Of a DNA stretch of 39,949 nucleotides, positions 7,829-15,831 are shown one piece after another. Within the stretch, counting starts at the first letter, position 1. Each line of letters starts with the position of its first letter. The notes under the pieces are model-generated. The model saw nothing but the letters and a program-made list of their open reading frames with translations, was not told where the DNA came from and did not search any database. The position numbers and the translations under genes are program-made. Source of the stretch: a virus (taxonomy: Duplodnaviria > Caudoviricetes). The stretch is from positions 1-39,949 of the IMG/VR virus record IMGVR_UViG_3300012200_000010. One strand, written 5' to 3'.

Positions 7829-8067
7829 GAATGTCGCGACTGCCACGAACACCTCGAATACATTGGACAGATTTCACAATCTGGACTTTTGGCTCCATAG
7901 CGATTCTTACCGCGAAGAATAATCGCGCGGTCAATTGGGTAGCGCTGAACATCACAAAGAAAGGCTTTCAGCCTTTTTGGCCAAACCGCGTTATCATTAA
8001 ACAGCACCGTATACTGGAGATTTTAGCAAGACTCGACGAAGATGAGATGACCTGGAGAGAGGTGTGA
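7825..8067 (+). CDS. Hypothetical protein, paralog of 7057..7266
   Basis: DFT...KKGFQPFWP...IL......MTW. Confidence 0.7.
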   Translation: MRMSRLPRTPRIHWTDFTIWTFGSIAILTAKNNRAVNWVALNITKKGFQPFWPNRVIIKQHRILEILARLDEDEMTWREV

Positions 8068-8068
8068 C

Positions 8069-8389
8069 ATGAAAAAGAAATTAATTAAAATACACGGAGA
8101 TAGACGAGATAGGCGAAAAAAGCACCGTCGCGTGGCAGACGAGATAAATAAAAAATTTCAAATCTTGTTTGATAACCTTGCAAAAATTGAGAAAAAGATA
8201 GAGATGCGCAAGGAAACTGCCAAACAGCTTGCTAAGGAAGTTGCCAAACAGCTTGCTAAGGAAGTTGCCAGTGACATTGCCCGTCTCAGGACAGCTCAGC
8301 GAGAAATTGCGGAGAAAACGGCACATGTTCATTTCGTAGTCGACAACCTGGTCTCGTCGATAGCGGATATCCGAAGGAAAACGCGATGA
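8069..8389 (+). CDS. Basic coiled-coil protein
   Basis: SD GAGGTG; AT-rich; AKQLAKEV duplicated. Confidence 0.6.
   Translation: MKKKLIKIHGDRRDRRKKHRRVADEINKKFQILFDNLAKIEKKIEMRKETAKQLAKEVAKQLAKEVASDIARLRTAQREIAEKTAHVHFVVDNLVSSIADIRRKTR
8218..8270 (+). repeat. In-frame 24-bp tandem duplication
   Basis: TGCCAAACAGCTTGCTAAGGAAGT twice plus TGCCA. Confidence 0.95.
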
Positions 8390-8592
8390 GCTACGCGCCA
8401 GAAGTAATAGCAGATGAAACTGACAAGTGGATTCCCAACGGACTGCGATTCGCCACACGAGAAGAGGCGTTGTCGTGGGTGCAAGACCTGGCGGCTCGGT
8501 GGTCCGCGGTGCGGTATACGCGCGTCATTGCGTCTACCGACCCCGTCACTCACTCTTTTCTGTACGGCAAGTTGGAAAGAAAAGAGAGCTAA
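8386..8592 (+). CDS. Hypothetical phage protein
   Basis: ATGA overlap; W..NGLRFATREEA motif. Confidence 0.65.
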   Translation: MSYAPEVIADETDKWIPNGLRFATREEALSWVQDLAARWSAVRYTRVIASTDPVTHSFLYGKLERKES

Positions 8593-8600
8593 CGGACTTC

Positions 8601-8666
8601 GGGGCGGTAAAGGTGAGGGTGGGGTCTTTCGGGAATCGCCCCTGCTCTCGCTGCGGCTACCGCCCC
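8601..8666 (+). ncRNA. Long intergenic RNA hairpin (candidate structured RNA or processing site)
   Basis: GGGGCGGTA 8601-8609/TACCGCCCC 8658-8666; 13-bp G-U-rich inner helix 8612-8624/8640-8652; UUCG-capped tip. Confidence 0.55.
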
Positions 8667-8688
8667 ACCAGATCCTTAGGAGGATACG

Positions 8689-8943
8689 ATGCGAATAACA
8701 GTGAAAGCGTCAACAGAAACGGATGTGCTCTTTAACCTGATGAACCGAGCGTACGACTTGCTCCAGCTGGCCGATGCTACCGAGGGCCTGGGGGTTAGCG
8801 TCCAGGACGTCCGGGACGGGATCTTCGTTCAATACCGCCCGTTGTCGGCCATGCTGCGGGACATCGGATGCCAGTTGTCTGAGAGTGTACATTTGCAGAT
8901 GCCGTCGTCAGGGGAGGAAAAAGAAGACTTGACACGGTCTTAG
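8689..8943 (+). CDS. Hypothetical protein
   Basis: SD AGGAGG. Confidence 0.6.
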   Translation: MRITVKASTETDVLFNLMNRAYDLLQLADATEGLGVSVQDVRDGIFVQYRPLSAMLRDIGCQLSESVHLQMPSSGEEKEDLTRS

Positions 8944-8958
8944 CCGTTCTGGTACCCT
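8929..8958 (+). promoter_or_regulatory. Putative sigma70 promoter
   Basis: TTGACA 8929-8934, 18 nt, TGG-TACCCT (extended -10-like). Confidence 0.4.
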
Positions 8959-8980
8959 TCTGGTGGGAGGAAACTACGCT

Positions 8981-9259
8981 ATGCTAGACAGATTAAAACG
9001 TTGGTTCAGCGGCCGTCGTCTGCTTCGGGTATACCAGGACGACTTGAGAGTTGTGCTCAATTATCATGAGAGACTCAAGCACAGAAGCATCCCAACCGAC
9101 GAAGAGTGCGAAAGTCGGATCCTCGGCCCCGCGCGTTCTTGCTCAATGATGAGCGGGCGCGTTCCGGCAACAAAAGTCAACTGGGATGTATTCGCCCGCC
9201 CGCGGAAACTACATTTCACAACCCCACTTGCGCCCTGTGGCGCAGGGGTTCAGCAGTGA
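8981..9259 (+). CDS. Hypothetical protein
   Basis: SD GGAGG; stop overlaps GTG 9256. Confidence 0.55.
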   Translation: MLDRLKRWFSGRRLLRVYQDDLRVVLNYHERLKHRSIPTDEECESRILGPARSCSMMSGRVPATKVNWDVFARPRKLHFTTPLAPCGAGVQQ

Positions 9260-9795
9260 GGGTCGTTCTAGCCACAGTTCTGCTATCCTTGGCCGCTTAC
9301 GCAGCCTTGGCGGCCGACCTAACCCCCTCTCCCAAACTAACAGTCCAAGCTCCCACTCCCGCCAGCATCCAAGCCGACATTATCCATGAACGCAAACTAA
9401 GGCAGTACGTGATCGCCGAAAAAGCGGCTCTTTCTGTGTTTCGGCGACACGCGCAGTGCAACCAGTTCGCCGGTCTGGTCGGCGAGCGATCGGTCGAAAC
9501 CGGCCTACCAGCAAGGATCCTGGCCGCAGTCGCGATCGTCGAAAGCAGTTGTAATCCAAACGCTGTATCCCCGACAGGGGACTACGGCCTGTTCCAGGTC
9601 AACGCCAAAGCCCACCACGTCAGTCCGAAAGTGCTGTTGGATCCAGCCAAGAACGCCAGAATAGCGAGCGAGTTTTTGCGCGCGCTGATTCGACAGTACG
9701 GCGCCGTAGAGGGCCTTCATCGTTACAACGGTCTGGGCAATCCAACCAATGCGTATGCCGATCGGGTGTTTCAAGTTGCGGGGTACAAATCATGA
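9256..9795 (+). CDS. Soluble lytic transglycosylase (SLT domain) with N-terminal signal/anchor
   Basis: AVAIVESSCNPNAVS (catalytic Glu), GDYGLFQV, LLDPAKN, RYNG; hydrophobic N-terminus. Confidence 0.88.
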   Translation: MRVVLATVLLSLAAYAALAADLTPSPKLTVQAPTPASIQADIIHERKLRQYVIAEKAALSVFRRHAQCNQFAGLVGERSVETGLPARILAAVAIVESSCNPNAVSPTGDYGLFQVNAKAHHVSPKVLLDPAKNARIASEFLRALIRQYGAVEGLHRYNGLGNPTNAYADRVFQVAGYKS

Positions 9796-9943
9796 AACAT
9801 TTCGTTCTTTTAAACGGTTGGCTTTATGTGCGTCACCCCAAAGTGTATCGGGAGTTTCTTGAGCAGGGGTGCCGCGTTAATTTCATAGGTTGTGGAGCAG
9901 GACATTACCAGGGTTGTGACAAAGCCGAAAAAGGAGACAAATA

Positions 9944-10204
9944 ATGGAAAGGTTCAGCGCTGTTATTCAGTACGAACTGTCCAACGGCAGTATAGACAGG
10001 GTGTGCCAGTTGTGCCAGTTGCACGTTAATTCGCTCGGAGACCCCCATCCGTATTTCTACTCCCAAACGTGGATAGCGAACTTCTTTGGGGACGGGCGCG
10101 CAAAGTGTGACCACATACGTCCATCGGCGCATAGCGTCAGGCTTGATGATCCTGCCGACGACGGCCCAGAGGTGGCCATCCTGCGCGGGGTAGCCATACC
10201 ATGA
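9944..10204 (+). CDS. Hypothetical protein
   Basis: SD AAGGAG; CQLC...CDH. Confidence 0.55.
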   Translation: MERFSAVIQYELSNGSIDRVCQLCQLHVNSLGDPHPYFYSQTWIANFFGDGRAKCDHIRPSAHSVRLDDPADDGPEVAILRGVAIP

Positions 10205-10398
10205 CGAAAGTTAGCTGGTGCCTAGCTATGGCGTATATTACTGCGGCGTCACTTGGCGCAGTCATAGGGCTTCACAATCGCCATCACAAACCTGTTTGTA
10301 AAGTCTGTCATTGTGAGCAGGTCGTGTGCCATCGGGAGTGCGGCGAAGAAGCGATGTGCACGATGCGCTGCGAGAGCCTGTGCGGGAGGAAGAAATGA
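10201..10398 (+). CDS. Small Cys-rich protein with N-terminal hydrophobic helix
   Basis: Eight Cys after a TM/signal-like segment. Confidence 0.55.
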   Translation: MTKVSWCLAMAYITAASLGAVIGLHNRHHKPVCKVCHCEQVVCHRECGEEAMCTMRCESLCGRKK

Positions 10399-10662
10399 GT
10401 GACTTCGGCGAACTAAAAGCGGTCTTGAATGGCAGGAAGGATTACCGGTGTGCTTGGTGTGGGGAGAACATCCCACAAGGCACGCCCCATCAGCACTACG
10501 CCGGTATGTGGGACGGCGACTGGCAGAATTGGCGTATGCACCCGGAGTGCTATAACGACGTAGACATGGATGACCAGCTGGATGGCTTCACATTGTACGA
10601 CCACGAAAGACCAGTTCCAGTACAGGAGGAAAAATGAGTGACTTCGGCGAACTAAAAGCGGT
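10393..10662 (+). repeat. 31-bp exact direct repeat at the starts of two adjacent genes
   Basis: AAATGAGTGACTTCGGCGAACTAAAAGCGGT at 10393-10423 and 10632-10662. Confidence 0.95.
10395..10637 (+). CDS. Zinc-finger phage protein
   Basis: RKDYRCAWCGENI...WDGDW..WRMHPEC. Confidence 0.7.
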   Translation: MSDFGELKAVLNGRKDYRCAWCGENIPQGTPHQHYAGMWDGDWQNWRMHPECYNDVDMDDQLDGFTLYDHERPVPVQEEK

Positions 10663-10867
10663 TACGCCGCCAGGAGGCGAGCAAATGATGATATCACATG
10701 TTGTAAAACATCTTAAATATTTGATGATTGGGAGTAAGATTTTAGGAGGTGTCTTTTTTGGAATCGGTTTTCTAATGTACCTTTATTTACAACACCCATA
10801 TGTTGGTGTGGGGCTGTTTATAGGTGCTTGTGCATGGTTCATAGGTTGGGTTGAGGTGAACAAATGA
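10634..10867 (+). CDS. Small membrane protein (2 TM)
   Basis: Hydrophobic helices; AT-rich. Confidence 0.6.
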   Translation: MSDFGELKAVTPPGGEQMMISHVVKHLKYLMIGSKILGGVFFGIGFLMYLYLQHPYVGVGLFIGACAWFIGWVEVNK

Positions 10868-11157
10868 GCGTCAGACTGCGCATATTAAACGGCGGCACGC
10901 TACCGAATGTTCGACTCTGTGATTCCTGTCGTTGGAGCACCATCATGAAGAACGACAAAGGTGGTGAAAAAATCATTTGTCGGACGGACGGATTCCGTAC
11001 CTGCATAACAGACAAGGTAGTTGATTGCAACTCTTACAACAATCGCAGTGAAAAAACCGAATACGAACTAAAACAAATCGGGTGGATTTTGGAAGTCAAA
11101 GGCAAAACTATTCTTGGGTTCCGACAACCAAAACCCGAGGACAAAGAGTACAGATGA
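10864..11157 (+). CDS. Cys-containing hypothetical protein
   Basis: CDSC...C...C; ATGA coupling. Confidence 0.6.
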   Translation: MSVRLRILNGGTLPNVRLCDSCRWSTIMKNDKGGEKIICRTDGFRTCITDKVVDCNSYNNRSEKTEYELKQIGWILEVKGKTILGFRQPKPEDKEYR

Positions 11158-11342
11158 AAGACGCACAAGCACGTCTAGACAAGGCACTCGAACTGCTGCA
11201 GCCGCAGAAGACGAGGCGGAAGCTAGTCTGCGCTCGCTGCGCTAGAGTGATCAGCGATCAGGACCAGTACGTTAACGGTCGGTACCTCTACGGCGAATGC
11301 TGCATAGACAAGGTTGCGATGGAGGCTGCCGAAAAGGCTTGA
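11154..11342 (+). CDS. Small zinc-finger protein
   Basis: CARC...GECC. Confidence 0.6.
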   Translation: MKDAQARLDKALELLQPQKTRRKLVCARCARVISDQDQYVNGRYLYGECCIDKVAMEAAEKA

Positions 11343-11367
11343 CAAAGGGTTTGAAATGCGGTAGGAT
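11339..11367 (+). promoter_or_regulatory. sigma70 promoter
   Basis: TTGACA 11339-11344, 17 nt, TAGGAT 11362-11367. Confidence 0.65.
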
Positions 11368-11405
11368 CAGTTGAGGTTGAGACAAAAATTTCAAAAGGAA
11401 AACAA

Positions 11406-11948
11406 ATGAACCTACGTTTTAAAGTTCTTGCAGCAATCTTTGGCGCTATGTTCGGTCTCACTACTGCGCAGGCGCAGACGACGCAGGAGCCCGCTCCCGC
11501 GCCGGCCCAGAAAGCAACGCTGTATATCGCTTCATCTGTGCAGGAAGGCGACACTCTCGGCGCATCGTTTGTTGCAGCGTTCATTGAAGCCATTCCAAAG
11601 GATTCGGTGGATGTGCAGCAAGTGGAAACCAAACCTGCGCCAGATTCTACGTCCGGTACCAACTTCCGGTTCTTGACTCTTAAGATTAACGACAAGACGT
11701 CGATGGTTACAGTAGTTGTTGTTCGCCACACCAAGGGATTTGAAAACGCCATTTACGTCGGAGCCGTGTCTATCCAAGTCGATTCAGACACGCTCACCGA
11801 CGCCGTTAGCGCGTATCTTCAGTTTCTCGGCCAGGTGTTCACAAACGTTGAGGAGGGCGGATACGATCAGGGTGCCAGTTCCCCTCAGTCGACTCCGACT
11901 CCGCAATCAACCCATCCAGCTAAGCACGACAGCACTAGCAAGGCCTAG
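11406..11948 (+). CDS. Secreted/periplasmic protein
   Basis: Sec signal MNLRFKVLAAIFGAMFGLTTAQA; low-complexity P/S/T tails. Confidence 0.7.
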   Translation: MNLRFKVLAAIFGAMFGLTTAQAQTTQEPAPAPAQKATLYIASSVQEGDTLGASFVAAFIEAIPKDSVDVQQVETKPAPDSTSGTNFRFLTLKINDKTSMVTVVVVRHTKGFENAIYVGAVSIQVDSDTLTDAVSAYLQFLGQVFTNVEEGGYDQGASSPQSTPTPQSTHPAKHDSTSKA

Positions 11949-11957
11949 ACCATTCCG

Positions 11958-11983
11958 CTGCCCTGCACACGCGTGTAGGGCAG
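11958..11983 (+). terminator. GC-rich hairpin after the secreted-protein gene (no U-tract)
   Basis: CTGCCCTGCAC-ACGC-GTGTAGGGCAG. Confidence 0.35.
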
Positions 11984-12010
11984 AGCGATAGCCTAGGAGG
12001 AATCACGTGG

Positions 12011-12205
12011 ATGCGAGGAATCATGTGGATGCCGATAAGTAGCGCGCCAGACGACACGGTTGTTGAAACGAAGATCCACGACGTGCACGGTCTCAGGAAC
12101 CAAACGACACTAAAGAAGATGCGCGGGCTGTGGTGGTTCCCGGACGGTAGCATGTACGTATATTATGTCCCAACGCACTGGCGCCCGGTGCAGGAGAAAC
12201 CATGA
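12011..12205 (+). CDS. DUF551-like protein
   Basis: WMPISSAPDD...PTHWRP. Confidence 0.7.
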   Translation: MRGIMWMPISSAPDDTVVETKIHDVHGLRNQTTLKKMRGLWWFPDGSMYVYYVPTHWRPVQEKP

Positions 12206-12338
12206 ACTGGTTGCACGATTTGTTTTGCCCCATCGACGGGATATTCAGCTTGGCGAACATAACCGCCGGATGGGCGATACTTGCCGACTCGTGGCGGTTC
12301 TGGTATGCTAAGGCATACGATATTTTGAGGAGGATCGC

Positions 12339-12569
12339 ATGAGCGGGTATGAGGCACCGTACGGAGAAGCGGAGCGACTTCTGGCAGAACGAAAGGAAAG
12401 TATAGTTGAGCGCGTAATGAAGTTACCGCTCAAGGATTTGACGCTAGGCGATTTGATGAAGGCGATGGCGGGTTTAAGATACACCGAGAATTGGGGTCCT
12501 ACCGAGCACGGGCTAAACATCATCGAAACAGTTTTGGGAAAGTCAGTTCAAACAAGGAGACTAAAATGA
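12339..12569 (+). CDS. Hypothetical protein
   Basis: SD GAGGAGG. Confidence 0.6.
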   Translation: MSGYEAPYGEAERLLAERKESIVERVMKLPLKDLTLGDLMKAMAGLRYTENWGPTEHGLNIIETVLGKSVQTRRLK

Positions 12570-12862
12570 GCAAGGAATCGAAGACAGCAAGAGCCAGCGC
12601 AGTCAAGACAGTCGGCGAGAAGAAGGTCATTCCCGACGCCGACTTGATCAAGGGCCTACGAAACGATAGGGCATCGAAGTTATACCCGACGGTGCAGGGA
12701 ACGGACGCGCTGTTGCGCCAATACGATTTGCTTCTTGCGCAGGTGATTGGACTCGAAACGACCGTCCTGGAATACGTCGCCCGCGATGCAGCCGCTGCCG
12801 ATCTCGTGAAGAAGGCGCCGTTCGCTGATCAAATCCCTGAGTACAATCCTAAGTGGGATTAA
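12566..12862 (+). CDS. Hypothetical protein
   Basis: SD AAGGAG, ATGA overlap. Confidence 0.6.
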   Translation: MSKESKTARASAVKTVGEKKVIPDADLIKGLRNDRASKLYPTVQGTDALLRQYDLLLAQVIGLETTVLEYVARDAAAADLVKKAPFADQIPEYNPKWD

Positions 12863-12864
12863 AA

Positions 12865-13302
12865 ATGAAGCATACTCGCGCAGAATGCGACGGAAGTTGC
12901 CACGAAACGTACGGTTGTAGCTTATGCAATTTGTTCGCGTGCTCCGTTTGTTTCGGTGCAGAAGGAAGTTTGACAACCGACTGCCCGGGTGTTAAAATGA
13001 CAGATGATCAGGAGACGGCCGTCTATGGTGGCGCGCTTGACTATCGCGAAGGCAAAGGTTGGTGCACACCAGACGGGACAGGCACAAGCATGGGCGATAC
13101 CGACGTAAAGATAGAGGCCACCAAGAAGGAGACTTACGCTGATTACTCCAATTTCAGTTGGGAGGCTATTCAAAAGTCCCTGAAAGAGGCGGTCGAAAAT
13201 ATCCAGCGCACCACCTGCGCCACAGACGAGCAGATGGCCGAGGCCTTATCGGTATCTGCTAAGAAGTTCATGGACACGAATTTCCTCAAGGAGCCAAAGT
13301 GA
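12865..13302 (+). CDS. Cys-rich phage protein
   Basis: CSLC..CSVCFGAEGSLTTDCPG. Confidence 0.6.
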   Translation: MKHTRAECDGSCHETYGCSLCNLFACSVCFGAEGSLTTDCPGVKMTDDQETAVYGGALDYREGKGWCTPDGTGTSMGDTDVKIEATKKETYADYSNFSWEAIQKSLKEAVENIQRTTCATDEQMAEALSVSAKKFMDTNFLKEPK

Positions 13303-14198
13303 CCTTTACAGAGCAGTCCGCAACCTTCTTGGAAAGGCTGGCCAGCAGGAAGCGCCAACCGGTAAAACCAGCGACTCTCCGGGCGTACCGGGGATACACT
13401 ACAAACTGGATCCTGCCGCGCCTTGGCGACGTGGATCTGCATACCTTCGATAACGGGGCCATGAAGGCATTCGCCGACAGCCTGACGGGCCTGGGCCCTA
13501 AGAGCACGACCGAGGTGGTCTCCCTGGTCAAGCAGATCGTAAGCTCGGCCGTGGACACCAACGGCAACAGGCTCTACCCGCGGGAATGGAACAACGAGTT
13601 CATCGACCTCCCGGTGGTGGACAAGCAGAAGCAGCCGGAGGTCACCCTGGAGCAGCTGGAGGTGGTTATGGCTGGCAAGTACAGGACATTCTATGCCCTG
13701 CTTGCAGGCACCGGCCTCCGTATAGGTGAAGCCCTGGCTGTACGCATTGGAGACGACGGCCAGCACACATGCTGGAGTCCGTCCAAAGCCGCCATATTCG
13801 TCCGTACCGCGTTCTGGCAGGGCCGGGAGCAGGACCCCAAGACCAAAGCCGCCGTTCGGGATGTAGACCTGGACCCCCGCTTGAACGATATGCTGCGGTT
13901 CTGGGCGCCCCCGGCAGGGGCTTCTGGTCTGTTCCTGTTCCGCGGCCCCGCCGGCAACCACCTGTGGGAGAGCCGCCTGTACACCGACAGCCTGGTCCCG
14001 GCCGGGGTGGAGGGTTTCCACTCGTTCCGCCGGTACCGCACCACGCGCCTCCGGGAGACCGGGACGCCGGAAGAGATCATTAGGTATTGGATCGGCCACG
14101 CCAGCAAGAGCGTTACGGATCGATATTCGAAGTTGGCCTCAAACGTCAAACTGCGCAAGCAGTGGGCGGCTCAGGCCGGATTAGGGTTTGAAGTATGA
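13299..14198 (+). CDS. Tyrosine recombinase/integrase
   Basis: N-terminal core-binding region (PATLRAY); catalytic R (TGLRIGE), K (DPKTK), HxxR (HSFRR), IGH, Y (TDRY). Confidence 0.92.
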   Translation: MTFTEQSATFLERLASRKRQPVKPATLRAYRGYTTNWILPRLGDVDLHTFDNGAMKAFADSLTGLGPKSTTEVVSLVKQIVSSAVDTNGNRLYPREWNNEFIDLPVVDKQKQPEVTLEQLEVVMAGKYRTFYALLAGTGLRIGEALAVRIGDDGQHTCWSPSKAAIFVRTAFWQGREQDPKTKAAVRDVDLDPRLNDMLRFWAPPAGASGLFLFRGPAGNHLWESRLYTDSLVPAGVEGFHSFRRYRTTRLRETGTPEEIIRYWIGHASKSVTDRYSKLASNVKLRKQWAAQAGLGFEV

Positions 14199-14446
14199 CG
14201 GATCGCCTCTACGTGTCCGTCCGCGAATACCTGCACGTTGATATCGATGGTCAGATTGCTGTTCCGATCGAGGACTTGGTAAACGAAGGCCGGATTACGC
14301 TGGCTGTGAGTTCCGCTTGGAACAACGCTATCGATGACGTTATCCACAAAGCAGCAAAGGATCTTGGCCACATCGACTGCCCGTGTTGGGCTACTGGAAA
14401 GTTCAAGCGTGCAGATGGCTGCAAGCATCATCCGTGGGATCTTTAA
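14195..14446 (+). CDS. Hypothetical protein
   Basis: ATGA overlap with the recombinase stop. Confidence 0.55.
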   Translation: MTDRLYVSVREYLHVDIDGQIAVPIEDLVNEGRITLAVSSAWNNAIDDVIHKAAKDLGHIDCPCWATGKFKRADGCKHHPWDL

Positions 14447-14457
14447 AGGAGACCGAA

Positions 14458-14889
14458 ATGAGAGATCGTTGCGATAAGCACGGGGTTACAGACTGCGTGA
14501 TGTGCATGATGCAGGCTGCCAACAAAGCCAAGGCAGCTGCCGCACCGCCCGAGGTAACCGACGGGCCGCCGGCGAACATCGAGGGCTTCGATTCAACGAT
14601 CCCGGGAGAGCCCGCCGGATACGGAATATCTGATCCACCCAAACTGGCTCCTGCGCAGAAGACCGCGGTCGTTGTATTTGACGAGCCTACAGACGATTCT
14701 CGTGCGTCTCAGGTGATGCGTAAGGCCGCCACCTATGCCAGAACTGCCGCCGAGTACGCCCAGCACCTGGCGTCTGTCGAGAAGATCAAAGCCGAGTTGC
14801 TGCAGGCGCAGTTCAAATTGGACGATGCCGTGGCGGCAAAAGACGTGGCGGAATCTGAGTTAAAGGAACTTGTGAAGGAGATAAAATAA
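14458..14889 (+). CDS. Protein with N-terminal Zn knuckle and C-terminal coiled coil
   Basis: SD AAGGAG; CDKH...CVMC. Confidence 0.6.
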   Translation: MRDRCDKHGVTDCVMCMMQAANKAKAAAAPPEVTDGPPANIEGFDSTIPGEPAGYGISDPPKLAPAQKTAVVVFDEPTDDSRASQVMRKAATYARTAAEYAQHLASVEKIKAELLQAQFKLDDAVAAKDVAESELKELVKEIK

Positions 14890-15089
14890 TGCAGATCCTA
14901 TCGATCGTGATGCCTAGCGGCATGACATCTCGCGGCAAGGAGTTCGACAACAACGAGGAGGCGCAGAAGGTCGCCAGGTCGTTCGGCGATCAAATGCGAG
15001 CATGGAAGGATTTTGAGGCGTGGATTTTGATGACGTCGGAAGACGGGAAGGAAGTTTCTGTGGAGCACATTAAGACTTTGACTTTGTAG
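14889..15089 (+). CDS. Hypothetical protein, last gene of the + arm
   Basis: SD AAGGAG, TAATG coupling. Confidence 0.6.
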   Translation: MQILSIVMPSGMTSRGKEFDNNEEAQKVARSFGDQMRAWKDFEAWILMTSEDGKEVSVEHIKTLTL

Positions 15090-15300
15090 CGGGGGCAACG
15101 TCTAGCAAATCTTGGATCGGATCCAGACTGAAGGCTTTGCACCACATGCCGCGACGAATGGGCCCCTCAACGATGCCGCACTCCATGTGATCGGTGCCAG
15201 GAACGTGTAGAATGAATTCGCAGGCTGTGCAGCGATCGCCGTAAGGGCTCTTGGCCGGCGAATAGTTGACTTCTTTCTTCGTGTATTTTTTAGTCCGCAT
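15070..15300 (-). CDS. HiPIP-like [4Fe-4S] protein
   Basis: SD GAGGA; VNY...CTACEF...CGIVEGPI..GMWC matches HiPIP Cys spacing; no Tat signal. Confidence 0.65.
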   Translation of the reverse strand: MRTKKYTKKEVNYSPAKSPYGDRCTACEFILHVPGTDHMECGIVEGPIRRGMWCKAFSLDPIQDLLDVAPATKSKS

Positions 15301-15307
15301 ATCATCC

Positions 15308-15718
15308 TCACTTAAAACAAGCGTTGCGACCGATGGTGGCAATCATAGGATGGGCTGCCATCTGCCGCACGATCTTTTCTTTGAACTCTTCTGTGCACTC
15401 GTTCAGGCGTCCATACCATAGGGCGCCTTCGGTAATATCCCGCTCGCGTCCATTGTAAATGTTATCCGCGACCGCTAGGCACCGTCTGAATATCTGGTCG
15501 TGGTGAGGGTCCCCAAACTTTATGGCGGACCTATCGCCGGCGAAGTTGAAGGCGTGGTGCTTCTGAATCAAACGCAGCCATTGCCCGTCTTCCCATCCTG
15601 CTAGCACACGGTTGCGAACCACAAGCCCGCACAGCGTCATGCCGAGCAGCAGGTCGTCGTGCGACTCGTTCCACATTAGGGTCGCGAGCGCGCTCACTAT
15701 GTAATCGCTAGGAACCAT
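15308..15718 (-). CDS. SleB/Hydrolase_2-like cell wall hydrolase (putative endolysin)
   Basis: LATLMWNES (catalytic Glu), VVRNRV, DITEGALWY, IGRNACF. Confidence 0.75.
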   Translation of the reverse strand: MVPSDYIVSALATLMWNESHDDLLLGMTLCGLVVRNRVLAGWEDGQWLRLIQKHHAFNFAGDRSAIKFGDPHHDQIFRRCLAVADNIYNGRERDITEGALWYGRLNECTEEFKEKIVRQMAAHPMIATIGRNACFK

Positions 15719-15830
15719 TTTTCTTCTCCTCGGGGAGGCGGGACTTCCAGCCGCACCCACATTCAAACCTGTCTTCGTGCTTCTCCCGATTTATTGGTTG
15801 CTTGCACGAGGGGCAGCGCATCGTATCCAT
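15708..15830 (-). CDS. 40-aa zinc-ribbon protein
   Basis: SD GAGGT; MDTMRCPSC...FECGCGW. Confidence 0.6.
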   Translation of the reverse strand: MDTMRCPSCKQPINREKHEDRFECGCGWKSRLPEEKKNGS

Positions 15831-15831
15831 A

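Noticed and set aside
91-15089. Integron-type attC cassette array served by the recombinase
   Set aside because: The hairpins lack RYYYAAC/GTTRRRY ends, most genes overlap with no spacer, and the recombinase lacks an obvious IntI insertion.
15070-15089. Bidirectional terminator where the two arms converge
   Set aside because: The terminal ORFs overlap and no hairpin with U-tract is evident.
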